A program made the position numbers and the translations under genes. From assembly GCA_964407715.1 (NCBI GenBank), contig CAYOWP010000004.1, forward strand, positions 9,668 through 73,667: a DNA stretch of 64,000 nt. Reading direction: 5' to 3'. This DNA is from an uncultured archaeon (GTDB lineage Archaea > EX4484-52 > JAADEF01). Shown here one piece after another: positions 47,404-56,916 of the stretch (positions are counted from its first letter, which is position 1; every line of letters starts with the position of its first letter). The notes beneath the pieces were generated by a model. It was not told where the DNA came from. It did no database searches and saw only the letters and a list, made by a program, of their open reading frames with translations.

Positions 47404-48648
47404 ATGACAACAGAAAAAGGAAGCCTGAAGGTTAATCATTTTATTGAAAAAAGGTTTTTCTCTATACTTGATGATGATTATCTCTCAAAAGCATTAGGGG
47501 AAATGTATAGCAATAATGTTAAAGGTTTGCTTGTATTTGATAGGAATTGTATATTTAAAGGAGTGTTAACAGAAGAAATCATTACAAAATCATATCTTGA
47601 TCCTTCTACAACAAAAGTAAAAAGTTTAGCTGTTATGCCGCCAAAGAATATCACTGAGAATGATGATGTATATAAAGCAGCCTATATCTTATTCAACTCT
47701 CATCTTCCTATTATCCCTGTATTTGACAAGGATAAAAAGGAAATCATAGGAGTTTTGGAAATAAAATCTCTCATTAAGAAATACTCAGAGATAGATAAGC
47801 AATTTTCCAATATGAGAATCATTGATATAGCGACAACAGATGTTGTAACCGTTAATGAATATGACACGCTAGGAAATGCATTAAGATTAATGCGCGAGAA
47901 CAAGATTACAAGATTGCCCATCTTAGGAAAGAATGGAAAATTAACTGGTATCTTAACCTTGCATGATATAATAGAAAAACTAATAAAACCAAAGTATAGA
48001 AGCCAGAAATTTAGGGAGGGTGAAAGAGTTTCTCGTGAAAAAATAAAAATCACAGAATATCCTGTAAAAGAAATAATGAATAATGTCGTATTTACAATAG
48101 ATCCTCTTGCCACAGTTAAAGAATGCATAAAAATGATGGAAGAACTCAATGTTTCAAGTTTGGTTATTATTGAGGATGATAAAGTAAAAGGTATCGTAAC
48201 AGATAAAGACATCCTTGGCTATATTGCATCGCTTTATCAAAAACCAGAGAAGTTTAAGGTATTGTATGCAATATCAGGAGATGTTGAGGAGCTAGACAAA
48301 TATGAGCTTGAAGATGCAATAGAGCATGTTAGAAATGTTATTCAGAGATATGAGGATTATTTAAACTCAGGAAACATATATATCTATATAAAGCAACATG
48401 ATGAAAGATTTAGATCAATGCCTCTATACCATATAAGAATTAGACTATCATCTGAAAAAGGAGTATTCATAGGGATTGGAGAAACCTGGGGTTTATATAA
48501 TGCGATAGGATGCGCATTAAAGAAATTGAGGGATCAAATAGAGTATAAAAGAGAACTTGAAAAGGATCCATACTTAGGTTTAAGAGCACTTGTAAAAGAA
48601 GTAGCAAATACTACAGTATTACCAAACATAAAGGGGCCAAAAGATTAA
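47404..48648 (+). CDS. CBS-domain protein (two CBS pairs) with C-terminal domain of unknown function
   Basis: Repeated CBS-like segments (ITRLPILGKNGKLTGILTLHDII; VSSLVIIEDDKVKGIVTDKDIL); 414 aa. Confidence 0.65.
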   Translation: MTTEKGSLKVNHFIEKRFFSILDDDYLSKALGEMYSNNVKGLLVFDRNCIFKGVLTEEIITKSYLDPSTTKVKSLAVMPPKNITENDDVYKAAYILFNSHLPIIPVFDKDKKEIIGVLEIKSLIKKYSEIDKQFSNMRIIDIATTDVVTVNEYDTLGNALRLMRENKITRLPILGKNGKLTGILTLHDIIEKLIKPKYRSQKFREGERVSREKIKITEYPVKEIMNNVVFTIDPLATVKECIKMMEELNVSSLVIIEDDKVKGIVTDKDILGYIASLYQKPEKFKVLYAISGDVEELDKYELEDAIEHVRNVIQRYEDYLNSGNIYIYIKQHDERFRSMPLYHIRIRLSSEKGVFIGIGETWGLYNAIGCALKKLRDQIEYKRELEKDPYLGLRALVKEVANTTVLPNIKGPKD

Positions 48649-48667
48649 AAAATAAAAGAAGAAAGGA

Positions 48668-49144
48668 TCACTCTATATTCACTTTTTTCTTTTCCTCCTT
48701 ATGAGCCTTCTTTATCCTTACCTCCAATACTCCATTCTTATATGTTGCCTTTACTTCATCAGGATTCACATCTGTAGGCAATGATAGCGTGATATAATAT
48801 CCTTTATACGCTCTTTCCTCGAATCTTGCTCTCTCTCTTTCCTCCTTTGTCTCCTCTTTTCTTTCAGCCTTTACTTCCAATGTTCTTGAAGTGACTCTTA
48901 AATCAATATCCTCTTTCTCAACTCCAGGAAGCTCTATAACTGCTATAACCTCATCATCCGTCTCCCATACCTCACTAATAGGTTCTCTATATTCTCTTTC
49001 CTCTTCAATATAAGCCCTTCTTCTTGGACCTCCTATATAACTTGTTCTAAAAACATCCTCAAAGGATCTTGCTATATCCTCAAATAGATCCTCTAAGAAG
49101 TCATCAAAAAACCCTCTCCTTCTCCTGAACCTCATTTTTATCAC
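48668..49144 (-). CDS. small heat-shock protein, Hsp20/alpha-crystallin family
   Basis: Alpha-crystallin domain VIELPGVEKEDIDLRV...ATYKNGVLEVRIKK; 158 aa. Confidence 0.85.
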   Translation of the reverse strand: MIKMRFRRRRGFFDDFLEDLFEDIARSFEDVFRTSYIGGPRRRAYIEEEREYREPISEVWETDDEVIAVIELPGVEKEDIDLRVTSRTLEVKAERKEETKEERERARFEERAYKGYYITLSLPTDVNPDEVKATYKNGVLEVRIKKAHKEEKKKVNIE

Positions 49145-49234
49145 CTCCTTCCTGATTTATTTAATAATTATAAAATATATTTTATATATTTTAGAATTTA
49201 AAAATTTTTAAGATTATCTCTTTAATTAAAGTTT

Positions 49235-50305
49235 ATGGAGTCAAATCGTGCTGAAGATAGATATGAGATGCCTCTAAGCACAAGATTGCAATTAAAAAAG
49301 AAGCAGTATGGATTAGTAGGTAAACAAGCATCTGTTAAGATATGTCTATGGACAAAAAAAGCCCTGAAAAGAGAGTATGTATGCTATAAGCAAAGATTTT
49401 ATGGTGCTGAAACACATAGATGTGCTGAAATAACACCAATCACAGCAATATGTTCTCAAAACTGCATATATTGCTGGAGACCTATGGAATGGATGAAATT
49501 TTATGAGCCAAAAGAGGATGAGGTTGATGATCCAAAAGAAATAATTGAGGGCATCTTAAAGGAAAGGCGTCAACTTTTATCAGGATTTAAAGGTAATGAG
49601 AAAGTTGATCAAAAGCTTCTTGAGGAAAGCTATGATCCTTCGCACTGGGCTATCTCGCTATCTGGAGAGCCAACATTATATCCAAGATTGCATGAGCTTA
49701 TAAAGTTGCTATGGAATAGAAAAAGCACAAAAACAATATTTGTTGTAAGCAATGGGGAGCATCCTGAGACATTTATGAAGATGTATGAATATGAGAAAGG
49801 AATGCCATCACAGATATATATCTCGCTTGATGCTCCTAATGAGGAGTTATTCAAGAAAATAAATAGACCTGTATATAAAGATGGTTGGGAGAGATTGATA
49901 AAAACGCTAACAATTCTATCAAAGATGCCAGTCAGAAAAGTTGCGAGATTAACGCTAATTAAGGGCTTAAATGATTCAGAAGAGTACATGCCAGAATTTG
50001 CAAAGATATTTGAATTAGGAAATTTTGATTTCATAGAGATAAAGGCATTTATGCTATTAGGATACTCAAGGAGAAGATTAAGCATAGATAACATGCCTAC
50101 ACACAACGAAATAAAAGAATATGCTGAAAAGCTTTTAAGATATCTTCCTAATTATAGATATGAGGATGAGGTTAGGATGTCAAGAATAGTATTGCTAAGG
50201 AATATCTTCTCTCCATGGCCAAGATATATTAGAGAGGTTCCCATGCATGTAAAGGATATACCATCAGATAAGGATGATGAAAATATGGAAATGGAGGATG
50301 AGTAA
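49235..50305 (+). CDS. radical SAM enzyme, TYW1/Taw1-like (wyosine-base synthesis)
   Basis: CSQNCIYCWRP (Cx3Cx2C) plus an upstream Cys cluster (C..C...HRC) as in TYW1; 356 aa. Confidence 0.55.
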   Translation: MESNRAEDRYEMPLSTRLQLKKKQYGLVGKQASVKICLWTKKALKREYVCYKQRFYGAETHRCAEITPITAICSQNCIYCWRPMEWMKFYEPKEDEVDDPKEIIEGILKERRQLLSGFKGNEKVDQKLLEESYDPSHWAISLSGEPTLYPRLHELIKLLWNRKSTKTIFVVSNGEHPETFMKMYEYEKGMPSQIYISLDAPNEELFKKINRPVYKDGWERLIKTLTILSKMPVRKVARLTLIKGLNDSEEYMPEFAKIFELGNFDFIEIKAFMLLGYSRRRLSIDNMPTHNEIKEYAEKLLRYLPNYRYEDEVRMSRIVLLRNIFSPWPRYIREVPMHVKDIPSDKDDENMEMEDE

Positions 50306-50322
50306 GCATTATCAACTTTATA

Positions 50323-51978
50323 TCATATCTTAGACAAAGGTTTAATTCCAATAATATCAAAAACAATACTTAAAACATCTCTTACTAAAAAAGAAAGATA
50401 CATTCCAGCATGCTCAAACTTAGGGTTATCAATAAAGCGTATGTTTTGATATAAGGTGTTATATCTCTTACATAGCTCTATGCTATATATAACCAAATAA
50501 TGTGGGTCATAATTATCTATGCTTTTCTTAATATAAAAAGGAAACTTATAGATGAAATTCAAAAGTTTTTCTGATGCATTGTTCTCTTTAAGCATTTTCA
50601 ATATCTTTTCCTGATTTAGCTCATTTTCCTGTTTTTTATCTTTATATTTGTTGATAAGGGATTGTATTCTTGCATAGGTATAAACCAAATAAATTGCATT
50701 CTCATTGTTGAATGTGGTGAATTTCTTAACATCAAACATAAAGTTTTTTCTTCTGCTCTGTGAAAGTAAAGCAAATTTTATGGTATTTATGGCAAGCCTT
50801 TCCAAGTTATCATGCAATATCTCTTTTTCCCTTTTTTCAAAATCTTCTTTGATTTTCTCTTTTAGAAAATCTATGAACTCATCAACAAAAACAACATTTC
50901 CTTTTCTTGTGGAGAACTTGCCTTCTGGTAAATACAGCAATCCAAAATCCACATGAACCAAATCGCTATCGCATAACCCTGCTTTTTTAGCAGCATAAAA
51001 AATCTTCTCAAAATATTGCTGCTGCTCATTTCCAACCACATAAAGTATTGCTAAGGGATTATATTTGTTGCATCTAAATCTTATCGCAATCAAGTCACGT
51101 GTTGAATATAATGTTCTCTCTCCTTTTTTATATATCACAAGATTGCCATAAGGAGTAGGAATCAAAACACTGCCATCTTTCTCATCTATAAAAGCAATCT
51201 TTCTTTTAATGAGATTCTCTATCAATGAATTTGCATGTTCAACTTGATTGCTCTCGCTATCATACACATCAAAAGATATATTGAGCTTATCATATATTCT
51301 CTTAAACTCTCTCATGCTAACCTCACAAAATCTCTTCCATAATTCAAAATTCTCTCTATCCCCATTTTCCAATTTTATAAATTCCTCTTCTCCCTTCTCT
51401 TTTATGCTCTCATCCTTTTCCTCATCTTTATGAATTCTTACATATAACTCAAATAAGTATCTTATTCCTCTCTTCTCTAATTCTTTCTCATCACCATATT
51501 TTTTATATGCATATATAAGTTTTCCAAATTGCAATCCCCAATCACCAAAATAGGTCATTCTTAGAACATTATATCCTGAGATGCTTAACAATTTGCTTAG
51601 AGAATCTCCAAGAATTGTTGATCTCAAATGTCCTACATTAAATGGTTTGCCTATATTAGGAGATGAAAACTCAACAATAACTCTCTCCTTATTTCCAAAT
51701 CTTGGAATAGATATGGTATTCAAGAAAAGATTTTTATATGAAACTCTCAGAAAGCAATTATCTAAAGAAAAACTCATTCCTATGCTATCCTCTAATTTTT
51801 TCTTTATTTTATCACATCCCTCATTTGAAATGTTTTTTATTTTATGTAGAGGAATCACAAAAACATAATCATCGCTCTTCTCATATATTGGCTGTACCTC
51901 TATGCCATATTCTTCCTTGAGGTATCTGTTTATTTTTTCATAGAGTTGATAATAATCAGCTATGCTGTGCTCATCCAT
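50323..51978 (-). CDS. argS: arginyl-tRNA synthetase
   Basis: SSPNIGKPFNVGHLRSTILGDSL (class I HIGH-region variant typical of ArgRS); C-terminal DALR anticodon-binding-like helices; 551 aa. Confidence 0.8.
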   Translation of the reverse strand: MDEHSIADYYQLYEKINRYLKEEYGIEVQPIYEKSDDYVFVIPLHKIKNISNEGCDKIKKKLEDSIGMSFSLDNCFLRVSYKNLFLNTISIPRFGNKERVIVEFSSPNIGKPFNVGHLRSTILGDSLSKLLSISGYNVLRMTYFGDWGLQFGKLIYAYKKYGDEKELEKRGIRYLFELYVRIHKDEEKDESIKEKGEEEFIKLENGDRENFELWKRFCEVSMREFKRIYDKLNISFDVYDSESNQVEHANSLIENLIKRKIAFIDEKDGSVLIPTPYGNLVIYKKGERTLYSTRDLIAIRFRCNKYNPLAILYVVGNEQQQYFEKIFYAAKKAGLCDSDLVHVDFGLLYLPEGKFSTRKGNVVFVDEFIDFLKEKIKEDFEKREKEILHDNLERLAINTIKFALLSQSRRKNFMFDVKKFTTFNNENAIYLVYTYARIQSLINKYKDKKQENELNQEKILKMLKENNASEKLLNFIYKFPFYIKKSIDNYDPHYLVIYSIELCKRYNTLYQNIRFIDNPKFEHAGMYLSFLVRDVLSIVFDIIGIKPLSKI

Positions 51979-52030
51979 AAATACTTATCCGTCTTAACTT
52001 TTTAAAATTCTTTTTATATATGTTTATAAT

Positions 52031-52105
52031 AGCGGGGTGGAGCAGCTTGGAGTGCTCGTCGGGCTCATAACCCGAAGGTCGCAGGTTCAAATCCTGCCCC
52101 CGCTA
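52031..52105 (+). tRNA. initiator tRNA-Met (anticodon CAT)
   Basis: AGCGGGG acceptor with an A1:U72 pair and three G:C pairs in the anticodon stem (TCGGG-CTCATAA-CCCGA), the archaeal initiator signature; T-loop TTCAAAT; 75 nt. Confidence 0.85.
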
Positions 52106-52135
52106 TAGCTATGCTATAAGGAATTGGGTGTTTAA

Positions 52136-52813
52136 ATGCATATAAAGAACATCTCAAAAAACCTGATAAAAATAAACAACAAACATTATGCCACATTATC
52201 AAAAAAGGAAGGATATAATGTATATGGAGAGAGAATAATAAGATATAAGAATAGAGAATATCGCATATGGAATCCAACAAAATCAAAATTAGGTGCTGCT
52301 TTACACAATAAAATTCCAATAAACATAATCAAGAAGATAGAATCTTCAAATTATATTTTATACTTAGGTATTGCCAATGGCACAACAGCATCTCATTTAG
52401 AGGATCTAAATCCAAATGCTATGATATTTGGTGTTGAAATTAGTCCAAGAAGCATCATTGATCTCGTTTATATGATAAAAAAGAGGAAAAGCAATATCAT
52501 TCCAATATTGGAGAATGCAGCACATCCATTAAGATATTCCTTTATGGTTGCAAAATCTGATATTCTATATGTGGACATTGCGCAACCCCACCAAACAGAT
52601 ATTGCATTAAGAAATGGAGAGCTATTCTTGAAAAAAGGAGGTTTGTTATTTCTTGCAATAAAAACGAGATCCATAGATATAAAAAAGAAGCCTGTTGAAA
52701 TTGTTAAAAAAGAAATAGAAAAAATAGAATCTTATGGATATGAGATTAGTTTTAGCACTATGCTGGATCCCTATGAAAGAGATCATGGATTTGTAGTAGC
52801 AATAAAAAAATAA
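52136..52813 (+). CDS. flpA: fibrillarin-like rRNA/tRNA 2'-O-methyltransferase
   Basis: YGE...RIWNP...SKLGAAL...ILYLGIANGTTASHLEDL...FGVEISPRS...LYVDIAQPHQ motifs are the canonical fibrillarin signature. Confidence 0.9.
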   Translation: MHIKNISKNLIKINNKHYATLSKKEGYNVYGERIIRYKNREYRIWNPTKSKLGAALHNKIPINIIKKIESSNYILYLGIANGTTASHLEDLNPNAMIFGVEISPRSIIDLVYMIKKRKSNIIPILENAAHPLRYSFMVAKSDILYVDIAQPHQTDIALRNGELFLKKGGLLFLAIKTRSIDIKKKPVEIVKKEIEKIESYGYEISFSTMLDPYERDHGFVVAIKK

Positions 52814-52826
52814 TAAGTAAGAGAAT

Positions 52827-53579
52827 TTATTCCTCTGCACGAGGTGCTAGTATATAATACATCCACAAATCATCGCTATCCTTAAAATCAAATCTTGCAG
52901 GTGCATCTTGATTTATGCTTATCTTAACTGTAGGTGCAACCTTCTTGGCTTTTGTTATCTTCTTAAGATAATCTATGGAATATTTTGCCTTAACATCTTC
53001 CTTAGCATCCAATGCTATCACACCTTCTGATTCTTTCTTAAATTCTGCCTCCATACTTGTAAGCTCACTTTGGGCAGAGATTGTAAATGCTCCATTCTCA
53101 AATGAAAATGTGGCTTCATCAGATATGTTAGATGCATCTTCTATAGCCTCCACAAATAAACTTGAGAGAATCTCAGCACTTCCCTTGAATTCAAGATTGA
53201 GTTCTGGTATTTCTTGAACCTCGCTGTCTAAGATAGGTAGAACAAATCTCTTTTCATGCTTGCCCTTTATAATCACATTCAATCTGCTTATATTTTTCTC
53301 ATTAATTTGAAATATGACCTTATCTGATGCCTTTGTCTTTTTTAAGGATTGTCTCAACAAATCTATGTTTAGCGTAAGATACACCTTATCCTCTACCTCA
53401 TATATATCAAAATTCTCCTTACCATAGAACATCTCTATAAGCGTTACCATTGTTGGATCAGTTGCCTTGAAATGTATTCCCTTTTCATCTATTACAAATG
53501 TTCCTTCGCTGAGAAGATTGCTAATTGCATCCAATATATCCTTAAAAGTACCTATGCTCATAAATTGCACATTCAACAT
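52827..53579 (-). CDS. pcn: DNA polymerase sliding clamp PCNA
   Basis: 250 aa; N-terminal FKDILDAISNLLSEGTFVIDEKGIHFKATDPTMVTLIEM typical of archaeal PCNA; acidic C-terminus. Confidence 0.85.
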   Translation of the reverse strand: MLNVQFMSIGTFKDILDAISNLLSEGTFVIDEKGIHFKATDPTMVTLIEMFYGKENFDIYEVEDKVYLTLNIDLLRQSLKKTKASDKVIFQINEKNISRLNVIIKGKHEKRFVLPILDSEVQEIPELNLEFKGSAEILSSLFVEAIEDASNISDEATFSFENGAFTISAQSELTSMEAEFKKESEGVIALDAKEDVKAKYSIDYLKKITKAKKVAPTVKISINQDAPARFDFKDSDDLWMYYILAPRAEE

Positions 53580-53645
53580 ATCATCACCTCTTCACATGAT
53601 AATATAATTAAATAATAATTTGTAATCTTTAAAAATGTTATCTTA

Positions 53646-53719
53646 TGGACCCGCCGGGATTTGAACCCGGGCTAATGCCTCCGCAGGGCATTGTGCTAAC
53701 CAAGCTACACTACGGGTCC
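53646..53719 (-). tRNA. tRNA-Arg (anticodon GCG)
   Basis: GGACCCG/CGGGTCC acceptor (perfect), anticodon arm ATGCC-CTGCGGA-GGCAT, T-arm CCGGG-TTCAAAT-CCCGG; 74 nt with a 4-nt variable loop. Confidence 0.8.
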
Positions 53720-53739
53720 AAAAAATAAAAAAGAATACA

Positions 53740-53976
53740 TTAAAAACTTTTTTTATATCCCTCTCTATATATCACAGGTTTATAAAATCCGCATCTCTCA
53801 TAATTTCCCTCGAGGGTTCTATAAAATCCATACCCTGAACACTCCTTGCATTTGTTTGAATCAGGAATCTCTTTTGGAGAATATACTGTAGGCTTTCCTT
53901 TTTCAATCTTCCATCTACATATATAAATACCTCTCCCTCCGTTCTCCTCCCCTATATCTACCATATTACTATTCAC
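53740..53976 (-). CDS. small Cys-rich (zinc-ribbon-like) hypothetical protein
   Basis: 78 aa; CRW...CKEC...ERCGF cysteine pattern. Confidence 0.3.
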   Translation of the reverse strand: MNSNMVDIGEENGGRGIYICRWKIEKGKPTVYSPKEIPDSNKCKECSGYGFYRTLEGNYERCGFYKPVIYREGYKKSF

Positions 53977-54015
53977 CTCCCTGTATTTAATTTTTACATT
54001 CTTTAAAGTTTCTTT

Positions 54016-54912
54016 TTAAAAATCTATTAATTTAGATATTATCTTTTCTTTCTTGAATATCTCCAAATCCTCATATCCTTGCCCTGTTCCTAAGAAAAAA
54101 ATTGGTTTTTTAATGGCATAGCATACATTCAAGAATGTGCCTCCTTTATTGTCAGCATCAAATTTTGTTATGATGTATCCATCAAATCCAACCTCATTAA
54201 ATAGCTTAGCTTGAGATATTGCATCATTTCCCGTAGTAGAATCTATCACCAAAAAAATAAAGGATGGTTTATTTACTCTAATAATCTTTTGAAGCTCATC
54301 TATAAGATTCTTATTGATATGCACTCTCCCTGCTGTGTCAGCTAACACAAAATCTATCTTATGTGATTCAGCATACCTTACAGCATCATATATCACTGCT
54401 GCACTATCCGCGCCATATCTGTTCTTGATTACTTTGATGTTAAGATTTCTTGCGTGTTCTTCTAATTGCTCTATTGCTCCTGCTCTATAGGTATCTCCTG
54501 CAGCAAATATGACAGAGTATCTTTTATCAAGAAGGAATTTACCTAATTTAGCAATGGTCGTTGTCTTTCCAACTCCATTAAAACCAATAAATATGATCAA
54601 CCTCGGAGTCTCCTTTTCTCTAATTCTTTCAAGAAATTCTCCTTCCAATAATAGCTCATCCAACAATGATTTGAGAGATGCTTTAATTTTATCTTTGATT
54701 TCAAGAGAGCTCAATTTTTTTCCGATAAGGGCATCTTTAATTCTTGTATTTAAGAGCTCTACAATCTCTAAAGATACATTGCTCTCCAATAAACTTATCT
54801 CCATATCCCACAAAACATCTTTTAAGTCTTCCTCAGAGATTTCTTTCTCTGTGAGTTTTTTAGCAATATCCTCTGTCTTATCTTTTAAAATGCTTCTTAG
54901 TTTCTTTAGCAT
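54016..54912 (-). CDS. ftsY: signal recognition particle receptor FtsY
   Basis: NG domain GFNGVGKTTTIAKL (G1), DTAGR (G3), TKFD (G4); short acidic N-domain and no M-domain so FtsY not Ffh; start reassigned to the ATG at 54912 because the ORF-track N-terminus overlaps tRNA-His. Confidence 0.85.
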   Translation of the reverse strand: MLKKLRSILKDKTEDIAKKLTEKEISEEDLKDVLWDMEISLLESNVSLEIVELLNTRIKDALIGKKLSSLEIKDKIKASLKSLLDELLLEGEFLERIREKETPRLIIFIGFNGVGKTTTIAKLGKFLLDKRYSVIFAAGDTYRAGAIEQLEEHARNLNIKVIKNRYGADSAAVIYDAVRYAESHKIDFVLADTAGRVHINKNLIDELQKIIRVNKPSFIFLVIDSTTGNDAISQAKLFNEVGFDGYIITKFDADNKGGTFLNVCYAIKKPIFFLGTGQGYEDLEIFKKEKIISKLIDF

Positions 54913-54914
54913 AA

Positions 54915-54986
54915 GGCGAGGACCGGGATTCGAACCCGGGTCAGCGGATCCACAGTCCGCCAGGATAACCACTACCCTATCCTCGC
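54915..54986 (-). tRNA. tRNA-His (anticodon GTG)
   Basis: Acceptor GCGAGGA/TCCTCGC with discriminator C; anticodon arm GCGGA-CTGTGGA-TCCGC; T-loop TTCGAAT; position -1 is A, not G. Confidence 0.7.
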
Positions 54987-55055
54987 TCAAAAAATGATTA
55001 ACAACATAAAAATATATTTTCAGATTTAAAAAGATTAAAAGAAAAACGCTATGCT

Positions 55056-55628
55056 TTATAAGTTTAAGCCATTAAGTGTATAGATTCCATTTGTCTCTAA
55101 TAATGTATGAACAATTGCTAATTCCAATGCCTTTTCAAAGTCTCTTGGTCTCCTTAGAATCTCAACCGCAATCAAACAATGGTCTATATTTGCCTTATCA
55201 AGCACCTTGTTTATTGTTCTCTTTGATCTCTGAACAAAATCAGGTACCTCTTCCTCTTCAAGTTCAAAGTTTTCTGATAAAGTGATGCTTAGCAATTTTC
55301 TACCTGTGAGACGAGGAGCAGGTACTATTGTAACTTTTATTGAGTTTGAGGGATCTGTTGAGCTTCCTGCCTGCATAACTGTATTTTCTATTTGCCTCGC
55401 TTCTCTTATTTTTATTTCATTGACCTTCATCTTCTTTAACATCTCTTTGATTACGGGATAGTTCTGAAAGCTGCACTCTATTTGGATTTCCCTTGAGATT
55501 ATAGAGACATTTTTAGCTCCTGATTCCATTAAAATATTGATAACAGTTTCTGATGAGATATTAGCAGGAAGTATTCCAGTAACTTTTAGCATGATATTCT
55601 TTGGAGACATAATAATAAATAAAATCAA
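55056..55628 (-). CDS. hypothetical protein (possible ACT-like regulatory fold)
   Basis: 190-aa ORF; probable start MLKVTGILPANISSE; no catalytic motif recognised. Confidence 0.3.
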   Translation of the reverse strand: MILFIIMSPKNIMLKVTGILPANISSETVINILMESGAKNVSIISREIQIECSFQNYPVIKEMLKKMKVNEIKIREARQIENTVMQAGSSTDPSNSIKVTIVPAPRLTGRKLLSITLSENFELEEEEVPDFVQRSKRTINKVLDKANIDHCLIAVEILRRPRDFEKALELAIVHTLLETNGIYTLNGLNL

Positions 55629-55710
55629 TATCTTTTAAAAAATTACGGTTTATCAATATCTCTATATATATGATTAGGATACATACCTTGTTCCTCCGCA
55701 CACTGCTCCA

Positions 55711-55990
55711 AATGGTTAACGGGAAGCATAACCTCTTCTCAAGGCATATCACAGCAGGTAACCTCTCCGAGCGTTTAGGAAGCAGCTACCCTGAAGAAAG
55801 GTTAGCATGCTTTTATGTGTTTGGTATTGTGATATCTGCGCGTTAACCAATTTTTATTTATTCAAAATAAATAAAAATTCGTTATCAGAAAACATACCAT
55901 CTCAAAAACCACATTGGAGCAGCTAATATTTTATTTTGGTTAGGTGCTATAAAACCTTGCAAAAGATGAGATCTTCGCGTTAACCATAAC
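55711..55990. repeat. Repeat locus R7: degenerate copies of the GTTAACC / GCTAACC hairpin family upstream of tRNA-Glu
   Basis: TGGTTAACGGGAAG, CACAGCAGGTAACC, TTTAGGAAGCAGCTACCC; CGCGTTAACCAA-TTTTTATTTATTcaaaATAAATAAAAA long palindrome; GATCTTCGCGTTAACCA. Confidence 0.7.
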
Positions 55991-56044
55991 GCCTTCACTT
56001 AATTTTTTAAAAATATCTTATCTAAATATCTTTTATTTTGTTTA

Positions 56045-56118
56045 GCCCCGGTAGTCTAGTCCGGTAAGGATAGCGGCCTTTCGAGCCGCAGACCCGGGTT
56101 CAAATCCCGGCCGGGGCA
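56045..56118 (+). tRNA. tRNA-Glu (anticodon TTC)
   Basis: GCCCCGG/CCGGGGC acceptor, anticodon arm GCGGC-CTTTCGA-GCCGC, T-arm CCCGG-GTTCAAATC-CCGGG; 74 nt; no encoded CCA. Confidence 0.85.
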
Positions 56119-56119
56119 T

Positions 56120-56869
56120 ATGAGAGTAAAAGTTACTCTTCTCATGAAGGAAAACACAGGTTTTTTACCATATTCATATCAGTATTTTTTATCTTCTCTT
56201 GTATATTCTGCTCTTGAGAAGGCAAATCCTGAGTTATCTTTTTATCTTCATGACCCGTCTCCTTTTAAAGGGTTTGTCTTTTCATCTTTGTTTTTTGAAA
56301 GGTTTCATAATAAAAAGCAAGGAATTTATTTTGAAGGGAAGGTTGTTTTTTATTTTTCTTCATTTTTTAAAGAAATTACTCGTTCTTTTGTTGAAGGAAT
56401 TTTATCTCTTAAGGATATCTATTTAGGAAAAAATAAATTTGATCTTGAAAAAATAGAAGTATTAGAAGATCCTGATTTCACAACAATAAATACTTTTAAT
56501 TTGCTTTCTCCTCTAATTCTCCAAAAGCCCATCAAAATAGGAAATAAACTTAAAGGTATAGATTTATTCCCACATGACAAAGACTTTTATGATTATCTAT
56601 TAAAAAATATCAAGAAGAGATATGAAAAATTTTATGGAAAATCTTTATCTTCTAACATATTTATAGAATTTTTAAATTTTAAACCAAAGAGATATTGTAT
56701 AAAAGGAGAGTATTACCGAGGGCCGCTAGGAACATTGCGCATAATAGCACCGAAAGATGTTTTACATTTACTATATCACACAGGCATTGGTTCAAAAAAC
56801 TCGATGGGATTTGGAATGCTTGCACCTTACTATGATTCTCACGGAAAACAACATAAAAATAAGATTTAA
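56120..56869 (+). CDS. cas6: CRISPR endoribonuclease Cas6
   Basis: 249 aa; C-terminal glycine-rich loop GIGSKNSMGFGML (GhGxxxxxGhG) diagnostic of Cas6; ATG 2 nt after tRNA-Glu. Confidence 0.85.
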   Translation: MRVKVTLLMKENTGFLPYSYQYFLSSLVYSALEKANPELSFYLHDPSPFKGFVFSSLFFERFHNKKQGIYFEGKVVFYFSSFFKEITRSFVEGILSLKDIYLGKNKFDLEKIEVLEDPDFTTINTFNLLSPLILQKPIKIGNKLKGIDLFPHDKDFYDYLLKNIKKRYEKFYGKSLSSNIFIEFLNFKPKRYCIKGEYYRGPLGTLRIIAPKDVLHLLYHTGIGSKNSMGFGMLAPYYDSHGKQHKNKI

Positions 56870-56916
56870 AAAGTTTATTTAGTTATCTATAATATTTTAT
56901 AAAAGAGGTTGAAATT

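Noticed and set aside
48668-49144. Hsp20 considered as part of a stress or defence island with the radical-SAM gene
   Set aside because: The genes are convergent, and both are common housekeeping functions (small heat-shock protein; wyosine synthesis). No functional linkage is evident.
52065-52319. 84-aa minus-strand ORF
   Set aside because: Overlaps initiator tRNA-Met and the fibrillarin start. It is an antisense artefact.
54913-54990. N-terminal 26 residues (MSEDRVVVILADCGSADPGSNPGPRL) of the 324-aa FtsY ORF
   Set aside because: This stretch is the antisense read-through of the tRNA-His gene. FtsY homology begins at the internal Met, so the start was moved to 54912.
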